Assembly: GCA_963665295.1 (NCBI GenBank)
Contig: OY762209.1
Coordinates: forward strand, 1,856,001 to 1,920,000
Reading direction: 5' to 3'
DNA: 64,000 nt
DNA from: Syntrophorhabdaceae bacterium
GTDB taxonomy: Bacteria > Desulfobacterota > Syntrophorhabdia > Syntrophorhabdales > Syntrophorhabdaceae
Shown piece after piece: positions 30,550-40,869 of the stretch. The position numbers and the translations under genes were made by a program. Under the pieces are notes generated by a model. That model was given only the letters and a program-made list of their open reading frames with translations, was not told where the DNA came from and made no database searches. The number at the start of each line of letters is the position of its first letter. Positions within the stretch are counted from its first letter, which is position 1.

Positions 30550-31174
30550 CCCCCGATGAGTCTGGCTTAGCGCAGTTCTTCATATAGGGCGTCAGTCCGG
30601 CCCTGGGCTTTGCGTCCGGGTATTTCTTAGCCAGTTCCTCGGCACGAATGCTGAAGGATTTCCCCTCCTCCGCACGACCTATCTCTTGAAGGGCTCTAGC
30701 ATACAAAGTGAAGTATGCCACGAACTGGCCGGGATCGGTCCCAATGAATTCTTCTTTATCTACGATCGGGATGGCCTGGCCGAAATAAGATACGGCTTCG
30801 GCGTACTCTTCCCGATCGTACTTGAGCAAGGCAAGTTCGAAAAGCGCCATGTGGGTCGGACCGGATGTTTCTTTGTCATATTTCAAAGCCTCGGTCAGCA
30901 TAAGTTCCGCGTTCTTGTGATCGCAAAGAATGCCAAGCATCCTTCCGTACGAGTATGCGGCGGCCGCGTGACGTTGGGGTTCCAAGTTTCCCATTCTTAC
31001 GTTTACCAGCGCCCGGTAATAGTTCATTTTGGCGAGTTCGTATTGACCTTCTTGTTCAGCCACGAACCCGGCCTGATAATATCTTTGGTACGTCACTCTG
31101 TTTATGGGATTCGCGCAGCTATTAAGAACAAGAAAAAAGACCCCGATCAAACAAAGTTTGTATGCTGTCGTCAT
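30497..31174 (-). CDS. TPR-repeat lipoprotein
   Basis: Lipobox LNSC, TPR-like helices (YELAKMNYYRAL, YAEAVSYFGQA), GAGG RBS. Confidence 0.7.
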   Translation of the reverse strand: MTTAYKLCLIGVFFLVLNSCANPINRVTYQRYYQAGFVAEQEGQYELAKMNYYRALVNVRMGNLEPQRHAAAAYSYGRMLGILCDHKNAELMLTEALKYDKETSGPTHMALFELALLKYDREEYAEAVSYFGQAIPIVDKEEFIGTDPGQFVAYFTLYARALQEIGRAEEGKSFSIRAEELAKKYPDAKPRAGLTPYMKNCAKPDSSGDAVAPTSKRSDSQPKEQ

Positions 31175-31308
31175 GTAGGTTTCCTCTTTGTGGGAGGCAG
31201 AGTAACACACCCATATCATTACCACTTACAACGATTTATGTCCACAAAAGATTAGAAAGAACAGCCTTTAGGAATTAAGGCGAAACTCGTTTGTCGTGAA
31301 AGGTGCCC

Positions 31309-31367
31309 ATTACGTGCAGAAAGCATTCAACGGGTGATGTAAGGTGAGGTGTTGACTTCAGGAAGAA
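31309..31367 (-). repeat. Bipartite site family, copy G
   Basis: Minus strand TTCTTCCTGAAGTCAACAC...CTTTCTGCACGTAAT; 51 nt offset; head nearly identical to copy A. Confidence 0.7.
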
Positions 31368-31378
31368 GCAGGTATCAC

Positions 31379-32347
31379 TTATTTTTTCTCAAAAGGAAAG
31401 ATAATCTTCCAATCATTCTTCATACTTATAACGACCCATCCTTCCTTTTTTGCCTTAGACATGAGAGCGTCGCTGAAGGTACCAATTCTTGATTGTGCGC
31501 CGTAGGCCCATTCGCGCTCGGCGTCATCATGATGCAGTAACACCATGAGCCTCCTTCCCCCGTTACATTGTGTCCACTCCAGCATTTGTTGATCCCCGTC
31601 GGAGTTTCCAAAAGCCGCAACGGGTTGTCTGCCGAGGTGCGAGTGGATCGTGACCGGTTTAGCGGATTTGTCGTCGATGAAAAGCATTTCCGGCAGGCGG
31701 ATCAGCACAGACTTGCCGTCCCTGATCTCATACTGCGTCTTGACGCTGCTTCCTATCACCTGCTCCGGCGGAATGCCGTACACCCTCTCTGTCCATGGCC
31801 TCATGAACTCGATGCCGCCCGCGGAAACAATGTATGTTTTGAATTCGTTCGCACGAAGATACGCGAGGAGTTCCAGCATCGGTTCGTATGTCATCTCGGT
31901 ATAGAGACGACCCGTTTTCGGGTGCTTTGCGGTAGAGATCCAATCTTCGACGATCTGCTCAAATTCGGTTGTCGTCATACCGGCGTGGGTGCTCATAATG
32001 AGTTCGGCAATCCCTTCTTTTCCGCCGGCAGTTATGCCGTCCATATTGCCTTTGAAAAGTGATGCGAAGGGTTCCCTATCCTTCCATTCAGGATGCTTTG
32101 CGGCAAGCATCTTCACGCGATCGAGGGTGAAGAGGGCCTGAAAATAATGGGGGTGCTCGGCCCAGAGTGTACCGTCGTTGTCAAATGCTGCAATGCGCTC
32201 GGCAGGTGGTATGTAGTCTGACGAGCCTTCTCTGGTCACCGCGCCGACGAATCTCATGATAGCTGTTTTGGCGGGACTATCATTCCAGGAAGGCAAAGGG
32301 TCCGGGGTTCTTGGAATCATCACCATGCACCGGAGGTTAAGAGACAA
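31379..32347 (-). CDS. HAD-superfamily hydrolase (acid-phosphatase-like)
   Basis: AFDNDGTLW, IVSAGG, AFGNSDGD motifs. Confidence 0.9.
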   Translation of the reverse strand: MSLNLRCMVMIPRTPDPLPSWNDSPAKTAIMRFVGAVTREGSSDYIPPAERIAAFDNDGTLWAEHPHYFQALFTLDRVKMLAAKHPEWKDREPFASLFKGNMDGITAGGKEGIAELIMSTHAGMTTTEFEQIVEDWISTAKHPKTGRLYTEMTYEPMLELLAYLRANEFKTYIVSAGGIEFMRPWTERVYGIPPEQVIGSSVKTQYEIRDGKSVLIRLPEMLFIDDKSAKPVTIHSHLGRQPVAAFGNSDGDQQMLEWTQCNGGRRLMVLLHHDDAEREWAYGAQSRIGTFSDALMSKAKKEGWVVISMKNDWKIIFPFEKK

Positions 32348-32609
32348 CCTCGAGATTTTTATTCATGATTTTACCTTGTCTTGAGCAATAATTACCACGA
32401 GAATTGTACGATAACAAGAAGAAATAGAATAGTTGATTGCAGAAAGAAAGATATTTTTGTGCACATACACAAAAATATAGGGTAGGTGATCAAGTTCATA
32501 ATAGAATTGCTCGGGTACTTTGAGACTGTGGAGCAGGGGAGAAAATCGGGTTCATATTCGGTCCCCTTGTCTTTTATCATAGATTCTTTCGCGAAGGAGC
32601 CTATCACGC

Positions 32610-33748
32610 TAGTGTACTGTCTCACTAATAGCTTTACAATTACCCTTGGCTATGCTATCATAGTGCATGTGGAATCCAGCCAGTACGCTAGACATGACGG
32701 AAGAGCAGAGAAAGACATTGGAAACATGGGTCAAAGCAAAGAAGACTCCCCAAAGGGTGGTTCTACGCTCCCGCATCTGCCTGCTCGCGGCAGAAGGGAT
32801 GTCCCATAACGCCATAGCGAAGAGGCTCAATACCTCCCGCCCTACGGTGATATTGTGGGTAGGCCGCTTCAGAGAACAGGGCCCCTCGGGCTTATCGGAG
32901 GACGCACCCCATGGGCCGAGTTCAAGGCGCCTTAACCCGGAGATAGTGCGCACCATCGTGGAAGCCACGCTCCATACAACTCCCAAAGATGCTACTCAGT
33001 GGTCCACCCGCACCATGGCAAAGGAGAAGGGCGTGAGCCATGCCACCGTGCAGCGCATCTGGGATGCCCATGGACTACAGCCCCATCGGGTAGAAACTTT
33101 CAAGCTGTCCAGAGACAAGAAGTTCGTGGAGAAACTGACCGATGTGGTGGGCGTCTATCTCAATCCTCCCGACAAAGCGGTGGTACTCTGTGTGGATGAG
33201 AAAAGCCAGGTGCAGGCCCTGGACCGGACCCAGCCGGGATTACCGATGAAGAAGGGGCGCTGCGGCACGATGACCCACGACTACAAAAGGAACGGCACTA
33301 CCTGTCTTTTTGCCGCCCTCAATGTTCTGGAAGGAAAAGTCATAGGCTCCTGCTATCCCCGCCACAGAAATACCGAATTTCTTAAGTTCCTGCGTACCAT
33401 AGACCGTCAGGTGCCAAAGGGCCTCGATGTCCATATGATTCTCGACAACTACGGAACTCATACCCACCCCAATGTGAAAGCATGGCTCGAAAAACACCCC
33501 CGTTTCGTTCCCCACTTTACACCCACAAGCTCGTCGTGGCTTAACCTGGTGGAGCGCTGGTTCGGGGAGATCACACGAAAGAGAATTCGTCGCGGCATCT
33601 TCAAAAGCGTTCAGGAACTGGTGACCGCCATCGAAGAATATATTCGCTGCAACAACGAAGACCCCAAACCCTTCGTATGGACCAGGAAGGCCGAGGAGAT
33701 ACTTGAAAAAGTGAATCGCTGTAAAGGCGTTACTGAGACACTACACTA
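32610..33748 (+). mobile_element. IS630-family insertion sequence
   Basis: IRs TAGTGTACTGTCTCACTAA and (reverse complement) TAGTGTAGTGTCTCAGTAA; inserted at CTAG with TA duplication. Confidence 0.92.
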
Positions 33749-33749
33749 G
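32694..33749 (+). CDS. IS630 transposase
   Basis: HTH region WSTRTMA; DDE motifs CVDEKSQ, ILDNY, WLNLVERWF. The stop codon lies in the terminal CTAG. Start could be 32667. Confidence 0.95.
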   Translation: MTEEQRKTLETWVKAKKTPQRVVLRSRICLLAAEGMSHNAIAKRLNTSRPTVILWVGRFREQGPSGLSEDAPHGPSSRRLNPEIVRTIVEATLHTTPKDATQWSTRTMAKEKGVSHATVQRIWDAHGLQPHRVETFKLSRDKKFVEKLTDVVGVYLNPPDKAVVLCVDEKSQVQALDRTQPGLPMKKGRCGTMTHDYKRNGTTCLFAALNVLEGKVIGSCYPRHRNTEFLKFLRTIDRQVPKGLDVHMILDNYGTHTHPNVKAWLEKHPRFVPHFTPTSSSWLNLVERWFGEITRKRIRRGIFKSVQELVTAIEEYIRCNNEDPKPFVWTRKAEEILEKVNRCKGVTETLH

Positions 33750-33905
33750 GATTGCACGATAAGCGGGAACCTAGGGCCGATGAAGCTCAGCCGGAAGCTG
33801 AGATCGAGGAGTGGCAAAGACGGTTTCTCGCACCCGAGGACGATCAGTTCGTGGAACTCATGGCCATGGAAATTATGAATCGATCAGGGCGCAGGCGATA
33901 GATCA

Positions 33906-34103
33906 CTACTTGCTGCTTTCCCGCAATTCTTTAAACTTCTTTCGAGCCACCTCTCCGATTTCCCTCTTGCTCCGCCTCAGTAATTCTACTTCGGACTCTG
34001 TCAGCATCCTCGGTGTTAAGTAAGTACCGGGCTTCGGATTGAGTAAGGCAGTCGAAGGAGTGAGCGAACTTTTCCTTCCACCAGTCTTCAAGCTCTTTTC
34101 CAT
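33906..34103 (-). CDS. Small helical hypothetical protein overlapping the PRTase 3' end
   Basis: ...RMLTESEVELLRRSKREIGEVARKKFKEL; start uncertain. Confidence 0.35.
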   Translation of the reverse strand: MEKSLKTGGRKSSLTPSTALLNPKPGTYLTPRMLTESEVELLRRSKREIGEVARKKFKELRESSK

Positions 34104-34675
34104 GTTTACTCCTCAGTTGTTGTAATGTACCACTTCGCAATAGTGCCGCCCATACCAATGAAATCGTCCCCAATCAGATATTCTTACCCTTCTATCGCGT
34201 TACCGTCAAAAAGCGGCTGTCCGGCAAGGCGGCCAAACCCATCCTATCCCGTATGCTCCGCTATATTTGTCTGAACTATTCTGTTTTCCACTTCAAGGCC
34301 AAGATTGTCGGCAATCTTTTCGGCAAGCGCTTCCGGGATCGCGTTTATGCCCTCGCCCTCCAAGGTGTGAACACTGATAAGAATGGGCTTTCTTCCGCGC
34401 AACAGCGTCTTGAGTGCTTCTATGGAGTCAGGGTTAAGGGTATCATTCACAAGAATAGACGCGGCCTCTGCATCTCCCGTCTTTGCCGCCGTATAAAAGG
34501 GATGCTTTTTCACCGATGTCTCTGTCGTGTGAATGATGACATCCGGGAAGTCGAATAGGGGCTTACGAAAGGGTTTCGGAAACAATCCGGGCCAAAGCCG
34601 ACGAAACACGATCTCGATATCGGATAATGACTTCGCTTCCTGTACAGCTTTTACCCACCATTCTTTTTCGTCCAT
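33931..34675 (-). pseudogene. Phosphoribosyltransferase-fold protein, disrupted
   Basis: HPFYTAAKTGD...NAIP...IVQTN..HTG*DGFGRLA. Then a frameshifted PRPP loop IGDDFIGMGGT, then LRSKHG...WW...LTQSEARYL. Confidence 0.65.
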
Positions 34676-34811
34676 ATTGAAATCATATCAACTATCAGTT
34701 CAAAGGGCAAGATGATGAGTGGCAAGAAGAGGCACCGCATCTAACCCCCCTTACGAAATATTGTTGGACCTTCTTAACTTTGGAAGTAGTCGTTATTATT
34801 AATGATGTAGA

Positions 34812-34903
<92 letters not shown>

Positions 34904-35449
34904 TTAATTGAAAAAACTTTCGGAGCAGCGTTTTGCTCTTGTCTTCGAGAATACCCCCTCTGACCTCGGCCTTGTGGTTCAGGGGGAGACTGTTTATATC
35001 GACTACTGAACAGAGGCCGCCTCTTTTTGCATCGAAACAGCCGAAAACCACCGTCTTTATTCTTGCCTCCACAAGGGCGCCCGCGCACATGACACAGGGT
35101 TCCATGGTCGCGTAGAGGGTGCATCCCGTGAGGCGATAGTTGTCGAGGACCTTCGCCGCCTCGTTCATGGCAAGGATCTCCGCATGGGCCGTCGGCGAAT
35201 TGAGGTGAATGGTGAGGTTGTGCGCCCGGGCGAGCACCTTGCCTTCGGGGGACACCACGACCGCGCCCACGGGCACTTCACCCTTGTCAAAAGCCTTGCG
35301 GGCCTCGTCGAGACACATCTCCATAAAGAACTCGTCTTCCATCGCGATAAATATACCTTTGATTCATCACAAAATCAATGATATTTGCCGGAAGAAGAGT
35401 GTGGCGCGCCGTGGACGGGGTGCTTACAATGGTAACATAAGGAGAGAAT

Positions 35450-36409
35450 ATGAAAGATATGCCGGGTTTGAGGCCGAAGGTCTCCATAATAGGAGCGGGG
35501 AATGTGGGGGTGCGCTACGCCTTCGCCCTTATCATGAAGGGGCTCGCGAGGTCGGTGGTCATGGTGGACCTCGACAGGAGGAGGGCCGAAGGGGAAGTGA
35601 TGGACCTTTCGAGCGTCATGCCCTATATCCCTCCGGTAAATATCAGCACCGGGGACTATGACGACCTCGAAGGTTCGGACCTCGTGGTGATCTCGGCGGG
35701 TCGGAAGCAGAAGCCGGGTCAGGGCAGGCTTGATCTGGCCGCGGCAAACGTCGTCCTTTTCAGGGAGATGGTGCCGGAGATCATGAAGGCGAGCCCGGAC
35801 TCGATCTGGCTTGTGGCGGCCAACCCCGTGGACGTGCTCACCTATGCCGCGCTCACGATCTCGGGGAAGCCGTGGCAACAGGTGATAGGCTCGGGCACCG
35901 TTCTCGACAGCGCCCGCCTGAGGCTCCTCCTCTCCGAGAGGTGCGAGATCGATGCGAGGAATATCCACGCCTACATCCTGGGTGAGCACGGGAAGAGCGA
36001 GTTCGCCGCCTGGAGCAGGGCCCTGGTGGGCGGCGTGCTTTTCGAGGATTACTGTCCCATGTGCGGCCGTTGCCGTGATTATCACGAGACACGCCTTTCC
36101 GTCTTTGAGGAAGTCCGCGATTTTGCGGAAAAGGTCATTGAGAGAAAGGGCGAAACCTCCTACGGGGTCGCCCTTGCCATGGTGAGGATCACCCAGGCGA
36201 TCCTGAACGACGAAAACTCGGTCCTTCCCGTCTCCTGCTATACAGACGGCTATAATGACGTGAGCGGCGTCTGCCTCAGCGTGCCTTCCGTGATAAACCG
36301 GACGGGCGTGAGAGAGCTTATCCGCATACGGCTGAGTGCGGAGGAGACGAAGAGCCTCCATGAATCGGCGCGGGCTTTGAAAGAGGTCATAAAGGAAACG
36401 GGACTCTGA
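35450..36409 (+). CDS. ldh: L-lactate dehydrogenase
   Basis: GAGNVG, AGRKQKPGQGRLDL (Gln specificity loop), NPVD, GTVLDSAR, GEHG. Confidence 0.9.
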   Translation: MKDMPGLRPKVSIIGAGNVGVRYAFALIMKGLARSVVMVDLDRRRAEGEVMDLSSVMPYIPPVNISTGDYDDLEGSDLVVISAGRKQKPGQGRLDLAAANVVLFREMVPEIMKASPDSIWLVAANPVDVLTYAALTISGKPWQQVIGSGTVLDSARLRLLLSERCEIDARNIHAYILGEHGKSEFAAWSRALVGGVLFEDYCPMCGRCRDYHETRLSVFEEVRDFAEKVIERKGETSYGVALAMVRITQAILNDENSVLPVSCYTDGYNDVSGVCLSVPSVINRTGVRELIRIRLSAEETKSLHESARALKEVIKETGL

Positions 36410-36431
36410 CAGGCGACGCCTGCCCGGAGCG

Positions 36432-37877
36432 TCACGTCTTCTTCGGACCGAAGAGGGCGCCCAGGACCTGCACGAAGGGATTGCCTTTCAATTCGTCGAT
36501 ATGACACACCTTTGCCGGCTGCTTGATGACGTCGGAGAAGGTGGGGTAGATGTGGATCACCGAATCGAGTTTGTATAAAGGTATATCGAAGGTCTTGGCA
36601 ACCTGGATTTCATGGATCACGTCGCCCGCGCGGCTCCCCAGGATATGGGCCCCGAGGATCTTGTACCGGTCGTTGCATATGATTTTGGAGAGTCCGAACC
36701 CTTCCATGTCGGTTTTCCCCCTGTCCGTGTTCCCGTATTCCCAGCGGTAGACCCTTACCTTTTCCCCGTATTTCTGCCGCGCCTCGTCTTCCGTGAGGCC
36801 CGCGTGGGCAAGTTCCGGGTCGGTGAACATACACCAGATGTAATGCTCGTAGTCCGCATGTTTCTTTATGGGCAGCAGCGCGTTCTGCGTCGCGATGCGG
36901 GCCTGGTATTCCGCCATGTGAGAGAACTGGTAGGGTCCCACCACGTCCCCGCACGCGTAAATATTGGGAGAGGACGTGCGAAGCGCGTCATCCACGGCGA
37001 TCCCTTTCGGAGAATGATGGACCCCGGCCTTTTCCAGTCCGAGGCCTTCCGTGTTCACCACGCGGCCCACGGCAACGAGGATGCTCTCCGCCGTGACGGC
37101 CCGCGTCTCCCTATCCGGTCCTTCCACGGTAAGGGAGATCATGCCTTCTTCCTGGGAAAGGCGCACAGCCTTTGTCCTGGTGAGAAGGACGAGTCCCTCG
37201 TCGGCCAGCCTTCGGGCAAGGAGGTCCCTCAGTTCCTTGTCCTCCCGGATCATGATCTGCTCCGCCATCTCGACGATGGTGATATGAACGCCGAGGCGGC
37301 TCAATGCCTGGGCGAGTTCCGTGCCGATGGGACCGCCGCCGAGAACGATCATGGACCGGGGCAGTTTCTTCAGCTCGAAGGCACTCTCATTGGTGAGATA
37401 GGGGACCGTGTCGATGCCCTCGATGGGGGGGATAAAGGCGGACGAACCGGTGGCGATAATGAAGCTCTCCGCGGAAAGGGTTTCTCCCTCGACTTCGATA
37501 TGGTGGTTGTCGGTGAATACGGGGCTTCCGAAGACAATCTCCATACCGCGCTCGCGGAATACCTCCGGCCGGTGGCCGTCGTAGACCTTCCTGACGACAT
37601 TCCGGACGTGGTCCATTACGTATTCAGGGTTTACGGAACGAGGAGGGCCTTCGGCGAGCCCGTATTCGGACCCTCCCTCCCCGGATGCGTAGCGGCATAT
37701 GTTGGCTGCCTTGATGAGGGCCTTGCTCGGCACACATCCTGAATGGGTGCATTCGCCCCCGAGCATCCTGTGCTCTACGAGGGCGACCTTCTTGCCCAGG
37801 CCCGCGGCCATGGTGGATGAAACCATTCCCGCCGCGCCGCCGCCTATAACGATAAGATCATAATCGAAAGATGACAT
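36432..37877 (-). CDS. Flavoprotein disulfide reductase (mercuric reductase/LPD-like)
   Basis: GGGAAG, GGECTHSGCVPSK, GGGPIG, HIYPT; lacks the MerA C-terminal CC pair. Confidence 0.85.
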   Translation of the reverse strand: MSSFDYDLIVIGGGAAGMVSSTMAAGLGKKVALVEHRMLGGECTHSGCVPSKALIKAANICRYASGEGGSEYGLAEGPPRSVNPEYVMDHVRNVVRKVYDGHRPEVFRERGMEIVFGSPVFTDNHHIEVEGETLSAESFIIATGSSAFIPPIEGIDTVPYLTNESAFELKKLPRSMIVLGGGPIGTELAQALSRLGVHITIVEMAEQIMIREDKELRDLLARRLADEGLVLLTRTKAVRLSQEEGMISLTVEGPDRETRAVTAESILVAVGRVVNTEGLGLEKAGVHHSPKGIAVDDALRTSSPNIYACGDVVGPYQFSHMAEYQARIATQNALLPIKKHADYEHYIWCMFTDPELAHAGLTEDEARQKYGEKVRVYRWEYGNTDRGKTDMEGFGLSKIICNDRYKILGAHILGSRAGDVIHEIQVAKTFDIPLYKLDSVIHIYPTFSDVIKQPAKVCHIDELKGNPFVQVLGALFGPKKT

Positions 37878-38055
37878 TCCTTACCCCCATTTTACTGCCT
37901 TCGATCTGTCCGGATCACACGAATATAGTGACCGCCCCGGCCTTTGTCAACGATCCCGGCTGCGACGTCCCCTCGAGGGCCCGCGTTACCGCGCGGAAAT
38001 GAAGGGAAGGAGGGAGGGCACACATTATGGCGGGGAGGAAATCTTATTGCGAAGA

Positions 38056-38064
38056 TGCTATAAT
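38056..38064 (+). promoter_or_regulatory. Extended -10 element
   Basis: TGCTATAAT upstream of protease 1; the same element is at 40991-40999 upstream of protease 2. Confidence 0.5.
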
Positions 38065-38097
38065 CTCCTTATATTCGCATTATCGGAGGAAGGAACC

Positions 38098-40869
38098 ATG
38101 GCAACAAGCGCCTCAAGAACCATGTCTTTGATCGGTGTGATGCTCTTTGCGCTGGCGTTTACGATCTTTTTGCCGGGAAACGCCCGCGCCGGTTCATCGC
38201 CCGTGGTGGAATGGTCTCTTGACGCCCGACTGGTCGTGCCGGGGGACGGGCTGTCCGAGGCCGCCTCCTCTGAGGGGGCTGCCCGGCAAGTCAACGCCCT
38301 GACGTCGAAACTCGGCGCAAAAGGCGTAAAGACCGAAGCACGCGTCCTGTCGAGGGATGACAGGGGGGTGACCTACGGGCTCACGGCCTCCGGAACGGGT
38401 GATGTGGATACCTTTCGCTCGATCCTCTATTCGGTGGCGCAGCCCCATTACCACGTCCTCGGCGGGGTGACCGAGATGGAGATCGAGAGCGGGGCCGCCG
38501 CCGGAAAGGACGCGACCATCGTCCTGGAATCGAACCCCTCCACGGGCTATGGCTGGAGAGTAGCCTCCGGAAGCGGTATGGTGGAGGCCGCGCCCAATGA
38601 GTACCGGATGCATACCCGCGGTTATGGAGCCCCCGAGCGGCAGGTCCTCCGCCTGACTTCGGGCGGGACAGCCGGCGGGCCCATCAAACTCGTGTACAAG
38701 CGTTTATGGGAGGATACGGCCCCCACGGGGAGCCTGAAGGTCAAACTCTCCGCACTTCCCGCGAGACTTGACCTGAGCGATCCCAATACGCCCGCCGTGC
38801 CGACCGCCATGCCCGCGGGTGTAACCCATGACGAATTGTTCCCCTCTACCCCTGAAGGGGGCCTTCCCGCCCATTTCGACTGGCGAGACTCCGGCATCGT
38901 TCCCGCGGTCCGCGACCAGGGTTACTGCGGGAGTTGCTGGGCCTTCGGCACCGTGGGGATCATGGAGTCCGCTCTCTGGAAGAATGGCGTGGCCGATGTG
39001 GACCTGTCCGAACAGTTTCTGGTTTCGTGCAATAAGGATGGCTGGGTCTGTTCGATCGGCGGGTTCACAGCCCACAAGTACCACTATGACACCCTGGCAA
39101 AGAACCAGAAGACCGTGGGCGCGGTCCTTGAGACCGTCAAGCCTTACACCGGAACCAACGGCACATGCAGCACGGGCGACTACAACAAACCTTACAAACT
39201 CACCGGCTGGGAATTCATCACGGGCTCCGAGTCCACCATGCCCACGGTGGACCAGATCAAGAACGCCATTTACACCTATGGTCCTGTTACGGCGGGGGTT
39301 TGCGCGGGGAACGCGTGGGATTATTATTACGGTTCACCGGGCGTGCTTACCACGGATGAGACGTCTCAGTGCGCCCCCTACACCACCAACCACCAGATTA
39401 TCCTTGTCGGCTGGGACGACGACGGAGGTTACTGGATACTGCGGAATAGCTGGGGCGCCGATTGGGGCTATGACGGCTACATGTACATCAAGTATGGTAT
39501 CTCCCGCGTGGGAGAGGGTACGTCATGGGTGACGACCCCCCTGGCCGGGCCTACGCTCAGCGTCTCCAAGACCGGGGGCGGCTCGGGTACGGTGATAAGT
39601 TCTCCCGCGGGCATAAACTGCGGGTCCACGTGTACCCGCCAGTTCGCGACAGGCGAGGTGGTCACTCTCACTGCGACGGCCGGCTCGGGAGCGACCTTTG
39701 CCGGCTGGAGCGGCGATTGCAGCGGCACGGGCGCCTGTGTGGTAACCATGGACGACGCAAGGTCGGTGACCGCCTCGTTCACAGTGAATACCTATAACCT
39801 TGCGGCGTCGATGACAGGGTCCGGGGGCGGCACTCTCGTTGCCACGGGACTCACGTGCAACGGCAAGAGCTGTTCCGGGTCATACCCGTATAATACACAG
39901 GTCACCATAGCCGCCACGGCGGACGCAGCGTCCACATTCACCGGCTGGACAGGATGCACAAGCTCTTCGGCCTCCCTGAAAGGAGTGAAAAGCAAGGCCG
40001 GGACCGGGACTCCCGTTTCCCGGACGCTCACGAAGGGCGGGAAATCCGCTTCCGCCCAAAGCACATGTATGGTGATGATAACGGGTGATAAAACAGTAAC
40101 CGCGAATTTTGAACCCGGAAAGACCCTCACCGTGACGAAGACAGGCTCGGGCGCGGTCACAAGCTCCCCTTCGGGCGTCAACTGCGGCTCCACATGCGCG
40201 ACGCCTTTCCAGGTCGGAACCGAGGTGACCCTCACCGCGACCCCTGCCGCCGGTTATGGCTTTGCCTACTGGTCGGGCGCGTGTACCGGCGCCGCACTCA
40301 CGTGCAAGGTCGTTATGAATGACGACACCCAAGTGGCAGCCCTTTTTAATTCGACCAAGACCAGGAAGTTCACTCTTTCAACAAGCAGGAAGAAGGTGAA
40401 TTCCGGTGACGGGACTATCGCCGGTTCCGACGGCATCATCGACTGCGGGAAGACGTGCAGCAAACCGTACTATCCGGGCGCTCCGGTTACCCTCACCGCA
40501 ACACCTGCCGCCAATTCCGTTTTCACGGGCTGGGGCGGGGCGTGTTCGGGCACGGAGACCTGCAGCGTCACCATGGATAAGGCGACCAAGGTAACCGCCA
40601 CCTTTGTGGGTCCTTATACCCTGAAGGTCAACAAGTCGAGCAAGAAGAAGGGGACGGGCCTCGTGACGAGCTCTCCGGCAGGGATTTACTGCGGGGGCAC
40701 ATGCAAGCAGAAATTTATCTACGGGACCCGGGTCACCCTCACCGCTGAAGGCGCGGGGGGCTCCACCTTTACGGGGTGGACCCCGGAAAAGATATGCACG
40801 GGCACAGGCACGTGCACGGTAGAGATGATTGCGGCGAAAACAGTGACGGCCACCTTCACGGGACCATAA
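38098..40869 (+). CDS. Secreted C1A papain-like protease with an N-terminal chagasin (I42)-like domain and five divergent InlB B-repeats
   Basis: LESNPSTGYGW (I42); DQGYCGSCWAF, NHQI, RNSWG (C1A); GxVxSSPxGINCG...VTATF repeats. Confidence 0.9.
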   Translation: MATSASRTMSLIGVMLFALAFTIFLPGNARAGSSPVVEWSLDARLVVPGDGLSEAASSEGAARQVNALTSKLGAKGVKTEARVLSRDDRGVTYGLTASGTGDVDTFRSILYSVAQPHYHVLGGVTEMEIESGAAAGKDATIVLESNPSTGYGWRVASGSGMVEAAPNEYRMHTRGYGAPERQVLRLTSGGTAGGPIKLVYKRLWEDTAPTGSLKVKLSALPARLDLSDPNTPAVPTAMPAGVTHDELFPSTPEGGLPAHFDWRDSGIVPAVRDQGYCGSCWAFGTVGIMESALWKNGVADVDLSEQFLVSCNKDGWVCSIGGFTAHKYHYDTLAKNQKTVGAVLETVKPYTGTNGTCSTGDYNKPYKLTGWEFITGSESTMPTVDQIKNAIYTYGPVTAGVCAGNAWDYYYGSPGVLTTDETSQCAPYTTNHQIILVGWDDDGGYWILRNSWGADWGYDGYMYIKYGISRVGEGTSWVTTPLAGPTLSVSKTGGGSGTVISSPAGINCGSTCTRQFATGEVVTLTATAGSGATFAGWSGDCSGTGACVVTMDDARSVTASFTVNTYNLAASMTGSGGGTLVATGLTCNGKSCSGSYPYNTQVTIAATADAASTFTGWTGCTSSSASLKGVKSKAGTGTPVSRTLTKGGKSASAQSTCMVMITGDKTVTANFEPGKTLTVTKTGSGAVTSSPSGVNCGSTCATPFQVGTEVTLTATPAAGYGFAYWSGACTGAALTCKVVMNDDTQVAALFNSTKTRKFTLSTSRKKVNSGDGTIAGSDGIIDCGKTCSKPYYPGAPVTLTATPAANSVFTGWGGACSGTETCSVTMDKATKVTATFVGPYTLKVNKSSKKKGTGLVTSSPAGIYCGGTCKQKFIYGTRVTLTAEGAGGSTFTGWTPEKICTGTGTCTVEMIAAKTVTATFTGP

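Noticed and set aside
36432..37877. merA mercuric reductase
   Set aside because: No C-terminal Cys-Cys pair, no NmerA domain and no mer operon context.
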